In this document: positions 25,730 to 33,193 of the stretch, in pieces | How the letters are laid out: each line of letters begins with the position of its first letter | How positions within the stretch are numbered: the first letter of the stretch is position 1 | Assembly (NCBI GenBank): GCA_963839955.1 | Contig: CAWIXB010000001.1 | Span: forward strand, 3,672,248 to 3,736,247 | Source: an uncultured Actinomycetota bacterium | Lineage (GTDB): Bacteria; Actinomycetota; Actinomycetes; JACCUZ01 | Reading direction: 5' to 3' | Length of the DNA: 64,000 nucleotides | The notes under the pieces: model-generated | What the model saw: the letters and a program-made list of their open reading frames with translations, nothing else | What the model was told of the DNA's origin: nothing | Database searches by the model: none | Translations under genes and position numbers: made by a program

Positions 25730-26308
25730 ATGACGGAGCAGGAGAACGGCAGCGAAGGCATGGACCCGCAGCGCGTGGTCGTGGTGGGCCCCGAGGGAAT
25801 GGCGATCGAGGGCACCAACGCGGAGGGTGAGGACGAGCAGCGATCGGTCACCGAGCTGGTCGACCAGCCGGCCAAGGTGATGCGCATCGGCAGCATGATC
25901 AAGCAGCTGCTCGAAGAGGTCCGCGGCTCGGAGCTGGACGAGGCCAGCCGCGTGCGCCTGAAGGAGATCCACACCCGGTCGATCAAGGAGCTCGAGCAGG
26001 GCCTGGCTCCCGAGCTGGTCGACGAGCTGGAGCGGATCTCGCTGCCGTTCACCGAGGACTCGGTGCCGAGCGAGTCGGAGCTGCGGGTCGCGCAGGCTCA
26101 GCTCGTCGGGTGGCTGGAAGGGCTCTTCCACGGCATCCAGACGGCGCTGTTCGCGCAGCAGATGGCGGCCCGAGCCCAGTTCGAGGATCTGCGCCGCCGC
26201 GCCCTGCCTGCGGGCATGACGCTCCCGGGTGGACCTGGCACTCCGGGCAACCCCGGTGAGCCCGGTGAGGGGCCGCAGACCGGCCAGGGCACCGGCCAGT
26301 ACCTCTGA
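25730..26308 (+). CDS. bpa: Bacterial proteasome activator (Bpa/PafE family)
   Basis: The C-terminus ends in GQYL, the proteasome-docking motif of Mycobacterium Bpa (Rv3780). The core is helical (IGSMIKQLLEEVR). ATG 25730 lies 9 nt after GAGG. Confidence 0.75.
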   Translation: MTEQENGSEGMDPQRVVVVGPEGMAIEGTNAEGEDEQRSVTELVDQPAKVMRIGSMIKQLLEEVRGSELDEASRVRLKEIHTRSIKELEQGLAPELVDELERISLPFTEDSVPSESELRVAQAQLVGWLEGLFHGIQTALFAQQMAARAQFEDLRRRALPAGMTLPGGPGTPGNPGEPGEGPQTGQGTGQYL

Positions 26309-26664
26309 ACGGACCCTTCGCCGCCGTACTCGTCGCCCTGGCACTGGCCACGGCGGCGTGGAGCGGCCTGCGCGCAGCCCGCGACCGGTGGATCGACGGC
26401 GTCGTTCTCCTCGCCATGGGCGCGCTCGAGCTCGGACTGCTCGGCTACGTCGCTCTGGCCGCGGTCGCGTCCGCGCGCGGTGACGGGGTGGCCGACCCCG
26501 CGGTGTTCTGGAGCTACGCCGTGGCGAGCGTCGTCATCCCGGTTGGTGGGGCGTTCCTCGCTCTCACCGAGCGGACCCGGTGGGGAGCCGTCCTGGCCGC
26601 CGTGACGTGCGTGGTCGCGGCGGTCGTCGTGCTGCGCATGCACCAGGTGTGGGTCAGTGGCTGA
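26305..26664 (+). CDS. Small membrane protein (3 TM if started at CTG 26305; 2 TM if at ATG 26416)
   Basis: High third-position GC and TM-like sequence (PFAAVLVALALATAAWSGL) continue upstream of ATG 26416, back to the bpa stop. There is no ATG/GTG/TTG in between. Confidence 0.45.
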   Translation: MNGPFAAVLVALALATAAWSGLRAARDRWIDGVVLLAMGALELGLLGYVALAAVASARGDGVADPAVFWSYAVASVVIPVGGAFLALTERTRWGAVLAAVTCVVAAVVVLRMHQVWVSG

Positions 26665-27067
26665 CCGCGGTCGGGCCGCCGACCGGCGGCGCGGCGTACG
26701 GCTGTTGCTTGTCGCGCTCTATGGGACCTTCGCGCTCGCCGCCACCGGGCGGGCGACGGTGCAGATCATCACGCGGTACGACGAGGCGCCGCTCGCCTAC
26801 CTGCTCTCCGCCCTCGCGGCTGTCGTCTACATCGTGGCGACCGCGGCCTTCGCGGTCGGCAGCGCTCGCGGCCTTCGGTTGGCGATCGTCGCGTGCAGCG
26901 TCGAGCTGGCCGGGGTGCTGGTGGTCGGCACGCTCAGCGTGGTCTCGCCCGAGCGGTTTCCGGACGAGACGGTCTGGTCGGGGTTCGGGGCGGGCTATGG
27001 GTACCTGCCGCTCCTGCTGCCGCCGGCCGGGCTGGCGTGGCTGCTCGTCAACCGCCGCTCGGGCTGA
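26657..27067 (+). CDS. Membrane protein, unknown function
   Basis: 136 aa, 4 predicted TM segments. GTG 26657 overlaps the upstream stop (GTGGCTGA). Confidence 0.55.
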   Translation: MADRGRAADRRRGVRLLLVALYGTFALAATGRATVQIITRYDEAPLAYLLSALAAVVYIVATAAFAVGSARGLRLAIVACSVELAGVLVVGTLSVVSPERFPDETVWSGFGAGYGYLPLLLPPAGLAWLLVNRRSG

Positions 27068-27076
27068 CGCCGCGGG

Positions 27077-27877
27077 TCAGAGGTCGAAGACGTCCTCGAG
27101 GATGCGCGCGACGCCGTGGTCCTCGGGGGCGGCCGCGAGCAGTTCGACCGAAGCGAGCACCTCGGGATGCCCCCCGGAGACGGCGTACGACGTGCCAGCC
27201 CAGGCCAGCATCGGCAGGTCATTGGGCATGTCGCCGAACGCCAGCACGTCGGCCGCGTCGATGCCGCGCTCGGCACAGATCTTGGCCAGGGTGGTTGCCT
27301 TCGAGACACCGGCCGCCGAGATCTCGAGCAGGCCGGACTTCGACGAGTGCGTCAGCTCGGCGAGGTCGCCCACCACCTCGCGGGCTCGGCCGAGCAGCTC
27401 GTCGGAGCCCATCGCCGAGTGCCGGGCGAGCAGCTTGACGGCCGGCTCGGCGTAGATGGTCTCGATGGCCGCGATCTCGCGCGCGGTGTTGACGTCCCAG
27501 CGGGCCTCGTAGCTCTCCTCGTGCGAGAAGCCGTCCAGCGTCTCGACCGCGAACGCGATGTCGGGCAGCGCCTCGCGGAGCCGGCGCGCCACGTCGAGCC
27601 CCACCTCCACCGAGAGGGGGAACACCTCGACGATCTCCTCAGTGTGCAGGTCGTAGAGCAGCGCACCGTTCGCACAGATCGCGACCCCGGTGTGCCCGGT
27701 TCGCTCCGCCACTTCGGACATCCACCGGGGCGGCCGGCCGGTGACGAAGACCACCGGCACGCCGAGCTTCTCCACCGCCTGCAACGCGGCGACGGTGCGG
27801 TCGGTGATGATGCCGTCCCAGGGCACGATCGTGCCGTCGAGGTCCGTCGCGACGAGCTTGGGGCGGTGAGGGGTCAC
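27077..27877 (-). CDS. Cof-type HAD-IIB family hydrolase
   Basis: Motifs seen: LVATDLDGTIV, VTGRPP, FGDMPNDLPML. GTG 27877 follows GAAGG. The ORF-track N-terminus would run into the repeat element. Confidence 0.85.
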   Translation of the reverse strand: MTPHRPKLVATDLDGTIVPWDGIITDRTVAALQAVEKLGVPVVFVTGRPPRWMSEVAERTGHTGVAICANGALLYDLHTEEIVEVFPLSVEVGLDVARRLREALPDIAFAVETLDGFSHEESYEARWDVNTAREIAAIETIYAEPAVKLLARHSAMGSDELLGRAREVVGDLAELTHSSKSGLLEISAAGVSKATTLAKICAERGIDAADVLAFGDMPNDLPMLAWAGTSYAVSGGHPEVLASVELLAAAPEDHGVARILEDVFDL

Positions 27878-27917
27878 GCCTTCATTGTCCTGGTCTGGCT
27901 GCCGGCGCCCGCCTCCG

Positions 27918-27994
27918 CCCCAACAGGCGCAGCACTGCCTCAACAGGGCGGCACGCCTGTTGAGGCAGTGCTGCGCCTACCTAACGTGGTCGAA
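27918..27994 (+). repeat. REP/MITE-like palindromic element, copy 3 (forward; best-preserved)
   Basis: Perfect 22-bp stem (27926-27947 pairs with 27956-27977), an 8-nt loop, and the conserved tail TACCTAACGTGGTCGAA. Confidence 0.9.
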
Positions 27995-28003
27995 TCGGCA
28001 GGC

Positions 28004-29263
28004 CTAGCGGGGTTCGAGGAGGTCGCGGCCGCCAAGGTAGGGGCGCAGGGCCTCGGGGACGACGACCGAGCCGTCCTCGCGCTGGTGGTTCTCGAGGATC
28101 GCGACGATCCAGCGGGTCGTGGCGAGCGTGCCGTTCAGCGTCGCGAGAGGGCGGGTGCCGTCGGCGTCGCGCAGCCGCACCCGCAGCCGCCGGGCCTGGA
28201 ACGTCGTGCAGTTCGACGCCGAGGTCAGCTCGCGGTAGCGACCCTGCGTCGGGACCCACGCCTCGCAGTCGTACTTGCGCGCGGCCGAGAGGCCGAGGTC
28301 GCCCGCGGCCACGTCGATGACGCGGTAGGGCACCTCCACCTTCGCCAGCATCTCCTTCTCCCACGCGAGCAGCCGGGCGTGCTCGTCCGGCGCCTCCTCC
28401 GGGCGGACGAAGGAGAACATCTCGACCTTGTCGAACTGGTGCACCCGCAGGACGCCGCGGGTGTCCTTGCCGTAGGACCCAGCCTCGCGTCGGAAGCACG
28501 ACGACCACCCGGCGTAGCGCAGGGGCAGGCGATCGGCGTCGATGACCTCGTCCATGTGGTAGGCCGCGAGCGGCACCTCGGAGGTGCCGACCAGGTAGAG
28601 CTCCTCCTCGGGCAGCCGGTAGACGTTCTCGGCCGCCTGGCCGAGGAAACCGGTGCCCTCCATGGCCTCGGGCTTGACGAGCACCGGAGGGATGACCGGG
28701 ACGAAGCCGGCCTCGATCGCCTGCTGCATCGCCAGGCTGAGCATCGCCAGCTGGAGCTGGGCGCCGACGCCGGTCAGGTAGTAGAAGCGCGCACCGGAGA
28801 CCTTGGCGCCGCGCTCGGTGTCGATGGCCCCGAGCCGCTGCCCGAGGTCGAGGTGGTCGCGCGGCGTGAAGTCGAACTCCGGGGGCGTCCCGACGTGCTC
28901 GAGGACGGCGTAGTCGTCCTCACCGCCGGGTGGGACGCCCTCTTCGACCAGGTTCGAGAGCCGGCGGAACATCCCGTCGTACGCCGACTCGGCGGCGTTC
29001 TGCGCGGCCTCGGCCTCCTTCACCGCCGCCGAGAGTTCCTTGGTGCGGACAAGCAGTGCAGTCTTCTCCTCACCCGAGGCCTGGCTGATCTGCCGGCCCA
29101 GGCCCTTCTGTTCGGACCGCAGCGCGTCGAAGCGGGCGATGGTCTCGCGCCGGGTGCGGTCGGCGTGGAGGACGGCGTCGACGAGGCTCGGGTCCTCCCG
29201 TCGCGCACGCTGGGAGGCGCGGACCGCCTCGGGGTCGTCGCGGAGCAGCTTGGCGTCGAGCAT
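28004..29263 (-). CDS. serS: Seryl-tRNA synthetase
   Basis: 419 aa. N-terminal coiled coil [12 protein letters not shown] and class II motifs ([15 protein letters not shown]). Confidence 0.95.
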   Translation of the reverse strand: MLDAKLLRDDPEAVRASQRARREDPSLVDAVLHADRTRRETIARFDALRSEQKGLGRQISQASGEEKTALLVRTKELSAAVKEAEAAQNAAESAYDGMFRRLSNLVEEGVPPGGEDDYAVLEHVGTPPEFDFTPRDHLDLGQRLGAIDTERGAKVSGARFYYLTGVGAQLQLAMLSLAMQQAIEAGFVPVIPPVLVKPEAMEGTGFLGQAAENVYRLPEEELYLVGTSEVPLAAYHMDEVIDADRLPLRYAGWSSCFRREAGSYGKDTRGVLRVHQFDKVEMFSFVRPEEAPDEHARLLAWEKEMLAKVEVPYRVIDVAAGDLGLSAARKYDCEAWVPTQGRYRELTSASNCTTFQARRLRVRLRDADGTRPLATLNGTLATTRWIVAILENHQREDGSVVVPEALRPYLGGRDLLEPR

Positions 29264-29379
29264 CCGGCGAGCGTATCCAGCCGCGGTGGGGGCACGCTCG
29301 CCTAACCTTCCGCGTACGGAGTGCGGACAGTCCGGCCGACGGTCCAGCGGGGCAGGCCAGAGCAGGGAGGGAGACGCGG

Positions 29380-30135
29380 ATGCGCAGCGGTGCCGACACC
29401 CGGCTGGCGAGTCGGTTGACCCTCGGCGCCCTCGCCGCGTTCCTCTTCGCCGTCCCGTTCACCCTCCTGCTGCTGCTCGTGGTGACGAGCTGGGAGCCGC
29501 TGGAGCGCCTGGACACCGGCGTCGCCAACCACCTCAACGAGTTCGTGACGGAGCGGCCGTGGCTGGACGATTTCCTGCAGTTCGTCGCGGACGCCACTGA
29601 CCCCTGGGCCTTCCGCCTCGTCGTACTCGCCGTCGTGATCTGGCTGTGGGTGCGCGGTGCTCATCGGCTGGCCTGGTGGGCCGCGGCGACGACGGTGTTC
29701 GGTGGCCTGCTGACACTGGTGCTCAAGCAGCTGGTGGAGCGTGCCCGGCCGACGTTCGACGAGCCGGTCACCCACGTGGGCGGGTACAGCTTCCCGAGCG
29801 GGCACGCGCTGAACTCGCTGCTGTGCACCGGTGTCCTGCTGCTCGTCTTCCTCCCGGTGCTGCACCGGGGCGGGCAGTGGCTCGCGTACGGCGTGGGTGT
29901 CCTGCTCGTGCTGCTGACCGGCTTCGACCGCATCGCGTTGGGGGCCCACTACGTCAGCGACGTGCTGGCCGCCTGGGTCGTGGCGCTGGCATGCCTCGCC
30001 GGCTCGGCGGCGGCGTTCGAGATCTGGCGACGGGAAGAGGGCCACAGACCTGCCAATCCCGCAGAGGGTGGCGTCGACCCGGAGGCCGGGTCAGACATGT
30101 CCGACCCTCCCCGGGACCGGCAGGTGCGTTCGTGA
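29380..30135 (+). CDS. PAP2-family phosphatase (membrane)
   Basis: Motifs seen: [29 protein letters not shown]. Confidence 0.8.
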   Translation: MRSGADTRLASRLTLGALAAFLFAVPFTLLLLLVVTSWEPLERLDTGVANHLNEFVTERPWLDDFLQFVADATDPWAFRLVVLAVVIWLWVRGAHRLAWWAAATTVFGGLLTLVLKQLVERARPTFDEPVTHVGGYSFPSGHALNSLLCTGVLLLVFLPVLHRGGQWLAYGVGVLLVLLTGFDRIALGAHYVSDVLAAWVVALACLAGSAAAFEIWRREEGHRPANPAEGGVDPEAGSDMSDPPRDRQVRS

Positions 30136-31724
30136 TCGCCCGAGTCGCGCGCATCGCGGGCCAGGTGGTGCTGCTGCTCGCCGTGCTCTACGCGGTGCTG
30201 GTGGGCCTCGGGCTGCTCCTCACCAAGGTCGTCGACGACACCGAGCTCGTCGACGCCGAGGACGCCGTCAACAGAGGTCTCGCGTCCATACGAACCCCCG
30301 AGATGGACGACGTCACGTACCTGCTCTCGGGCGTTGGCGCCACCGTCGCCATCGTCGGCGCCATGCTGGTGGTGGCGGTCTGCCTTCGGCTGGCGATGCA
30401 CCGCTGGCACGAGCCGGTCTTCCTCGCGGTTGCCGTCACCTCGCAGGCGCTGGTCTTTTTGCTGGTCACCCTTGTCATCTCCCGGCAGCGGCCCGACGTG
30501 CCCCAGCTCGACGACTCACCACCGACGTCGAGCTTCCCCAGCGGTCACACCGGCGCTGCCACGGCGCTGTTCGTGGCGAGCGCTCTGCTGGTGGCGTGGT
30601 ACGTACGGCGCCGCGCGGTGCGGCTGCTCGCCGTCGCGGTGCTGCTCGCCGTCCCTCTGCTGGTTGCTTATGGCCGGCTCTACCGCGGCATGCACCATCC
30701 CACCGATGTTCTCGCAGCCTTCCTCAACGGCGCGGTCTGCGTCGGCATCGCGAGCGCGATCGTGCTCGGCCGGCTCCCATGGTCGCGGCGACGGGTGGCG
30801 AGGGAAGCCCCCTCGTCGAACTCCGACGACGGGAGCCACACCAGTCGAGCCGCGATTGTCTACAACCCCACGAAGATCCCGAACTTCGCGGGCCATCAGC
30901 GCCGGGTGCTGCGCTTCATGGCGACCGCCGGGTGGGACCCGCCGCTCTGGCTTGAGACGACCCGCGACGACCCGGGCATCGGCATGGTGGAGCGGGCGAT
31001 CGAGGAGAAGTGCGACCTGGTCTTCGTCTGCGGCGGCGACGGCACCGTGATGGCCGCGGTGACCGCGCTCGCGGGCAGCGAGATGCCACTCGCGATCCTG
31101 CCGCTGGGCACCGGCAACCTGCTCGCCCGCAACCTCGGAATCCCCATCGCCGACGAGGCGGCCGCCCTGCGCGTCGGAGTGCACGGTCGCGACCGGCGCA
31201 TCGACGTGTGCGCAGTCGACGGACGGCGGTTCGCGGTGATGGCCGGCATCGGCTTCGACGCGGCGATGATGCGCGACGCGCCGGAAAGGCTGAAGAAGCG
31301 GATGGGCGGCGCGGCGTACGTCTTGTCGGGCGCGCGGCACCTCCGCGGGCGGGCGATCCGGGTGAAGCTCACTCTCGACGACGGGGAGCCACTGCACCGC
31401 CGGGTCCGCACCGTCGTGGTCGGGAACGTCGGGCGGCTGCAGTACGGCATCCCGTTGCTGCCCGAAGCGGAGGCCGACGACGGCATCCTCGACGTCGTCC
31501 TGGTCGCGCCTCGCCACGCGCTCGACTGGGCCCGGCTGGCCGGGCGCGTGATCCGTCGCGCGAATGTCCCCGACCGGCGGATGGAGCGGTTCCGCGCCAA
31601 GCACGTCGTCATCGAGGCCAGCCGTCCGCAGCCCCGCCAGCTCGACGGCGACCTGGTCGACGAGGGCACCACGCTCGACGTACAGATCGAGCCGGGCGCG
31701 CTCATCGTGCGTGTCCCCCGCTGA
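30132..31724 (+). CDS. Bifunctional PAP2 phosphatase / diacylglycerol-kinase-catalytic-domain (DAGK_cat, YegS/LCB5-like) fusion protein
   Basis: N-terminal half has SFPSGHTGAA and YRGMHHPTDV. C-terminal half has VCGGDGTV and LGTGNLLARNLG. GTG 30132 overlaps the upstream stop as GTGA. Confidence 0.8.
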   Translation: MIARVARIAGQVVLLLAVLYAVLVGLGLLLTKVVDDTELVDAEDAVNRGLASIRTPEMDDVTYLLSGVGATVAIVGAMLVVAVCLRLAMHRWHEPVFLAVAVTSQALVFLLVTLVISRQRPDVPQLDDSPPTSSFPSGHTGAATALFVASALLVAWYVRRRAVRLLAVAVLLAVPLLVAYGRLYRGMHHPTDVLAAFLNGAVCVGIASAIVLGRLPWSRRRVAREAPSSNSDDGSHTSRAAIVYNPTKIPNFAGHQRRVLRFMATAGWDPPLWLETTRDDPGIGMVERAIEEKCDLVFVCGGDGTVMAAVTALAGSEMPLAILPLGTGNLLARNLGIPIADEAAALRVGVHGRDRRIDVCAVDGRRFAVMAGIGFDAAMMRDAPERLKKRMGGAAYVLSGARHLRGRAIRVKLTLDDGEPLHRRVRTVVVGNVGRLQYGIPLLPEAEADDGILDVVLVAPRHALDWARLAGRVIRRANVPDRRMERFRAKHVVIEASRPQPRQLDGDLVDEGTTLDVQIEPGALIVRVPR

Positions 31725-31741
31725 CCCGCGCAGCACGGAGG

Positions 31742-32680
31742 TCAGCTGCGGCCGCTCCGCACCCGACCGAGCCAGGCAGCGGCGTCGCGGTAGACGACGT
31801 CGTCGCGTGCCCAGGCGACGGGAGCAGCGTCGTCGGCCCGGGGGTAGGACCCCAGGAACCGCACGTCGGAGCACACCCGGCGCAGGCCCATGAGCGCCTC
31901 GCCCACCCGTGCGTCGTCGACGTGGCCCTCGCAGTCGATCGAGAAGCAGTAGCGGCCGAGCCGCTCTCCGGTCGGCCGCGACTCGATGCGCGTCATGTTG
32001 ACCCCGCGCACCGAAAGCTCGGTGAGGATCTCGAGCAACGCTCCGGGGTGGTCGTCGGAGATGAACGCGACCAGTGACGTCTTGTCGTGCCCGCTCGGCA
32101 ACGGCGGCTCGGCCGGGCGGGACACCAGCACGAAGCGGGTCATCGCGTCGGGGTTGTCCTCGATCTCCTCGGCGAGCACGTCGAGCCGGTAGTGCTTCGC
32201 GGACAGGGGCGAGGCGATCGCCGCGTCGTAGTCGGCGGTGCCGTCGGCGAGGGCAGCCGCCGCGCCCGCGGTCGACAGTGCCGGGATCACCGCAGCCTCC
32301 GGCAATGCCAGGGCGACCCAGCGACGACACTGCGCCTCGGCATGCGGGTGGGTGGCGATCCGGCGTACGGCGTGCAGTCCCGTGCCGGGCGGGGCCAGGA
32401 GCGCGAAGGAGACCGGCAGCAGCACCTCCCGGGTCAGCATCAGCGGCTCGCCCGAGGCGAGCTCGTCGAGGGTCGCCGTGACCGAGCCCTCGACGGAGTT
32501 CTCGATCGGCACCAGCGCCGCGGTCGCCTCACCGTTGCGGACCGCGTCGAGCGCCGCGGCGACCGTCGCGTGCGGCACCCGCTCGGCCTTCGCCGCGGCC
32601 GGCAGTGTCCGCAGCGCGGCCTCCGCGAATGTCCCCTCGGGACCGAGGTAGGCGTAGCGGGCGGGCGGAACTCCGGGCAT
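31742..32680 (-). CDS. pheA: Prephenate dehydratase
   Basis: Motifs seen: YLGPEGTFAE, IENSVEGSV, TRFVLV, plus a C-terminal ACT domain. Confidence 0.9.
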   Translation of the reverse strand: MPGVPPARYAYLGPEGTFAEAALRTLPAAAKAERVPHATVAAALDAVRNGEATAALVPIENSVEGSVTATLDELASGEPLMLTREVLLPVSFALLAPPGTGLHAVRRIATHPHAEAQCRRWVALALPEAAVIPALSTAGAAAALADGTADYDAAIASPLSAKHYRLDVLAEEIEDNPDAMTRFVLVSRPAEPPLPSGHDKTSLVAFISDDHPGALLEILTELSVRGVNMTRIESRPTGERLGRYCFSIDCEGHVDDARVGEALMGLRRVCSDVRFLGSYPRADDAAPVAWARDDVVYRDAAAWLGRVRSGRS

Positions 32681-32710
32681 GCGCCGCACCTTAGTCGGCG
32701 TACGCGCCGG

Positions 32711-33169
32711 TCAGCCGGTCCGGGCGGCGTCGATCGCGGCCTGCTCCTCGGGTGAGATCCGGTGCTCGCTCGTGAGGCCGGTGAGCTCCTTCGCGTAGGT
32801 TCGGGTCTCGCTGCGGCCGTTGATGGAGGACAGGACGAGACCGTCGCCGTTGTCGTTGTAGATCGCGGCCGAGAAGGACATCCGCCCGCCCATGTCAGCG
32901 AAGGCGTCGTAGCGCACCACCCCGATGTGGCGCAGTGCGCTGGCATCCTCCGCGTCGGCGCCGGCCGCGGCCGTCGGAGCGTCCGGCCGCTTCGACGCCG
33001 GGCGGCGCAGTCGCCTGCGCAGTCCCCGGACCCGCGCCAGCGCCAGCAGGGCGAGCAGGAAGGACAGCGCCGCCACTGCTGCGGCCGCGACCGCGACCAT
33101 CTCGAGCTCGTCGCGGGTCAGCTGGATCTCAACGTCGATCGGCATCGGCAGCAGACTAACGGCAGACAC
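32711..33169 (-). CDS. DUF4446-like membrane-anchored protein
   Basis: One TM segment, then VVRYDAFADMGGRMSFSAAIYNDNGDGLVLSSINGR. ATG 33145 is an alternative start. Confidence 0.65.
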   Translation of the reverse strand: MSAVSLLPMPIDVEIQLTRDELEMVAVAAAAVAALSFLLALLALARVRGLRRRLRRPASKRPDAPTAAAGADAEDASALRHIGVVRYDAFADMGGRMSFSAAIYNDNGDGLVLSSINGRSETRTYAKELTGLTSEHRISPEEQAAIDAARTG

Positions 33170-33193
33170 GAGGCGAACCCGCTCAACACATGC

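Noticed and set aside
25729-25731. ATG 25731 as the start of the two-domain GNAT gene
   Set aside because: It would overlap the divergent bpa start codon by 2 nt and leave no promoter space. The added residues (MATILTHPQCGGSPGCGR) are not GNAT-like. It is kept only as an alternative.
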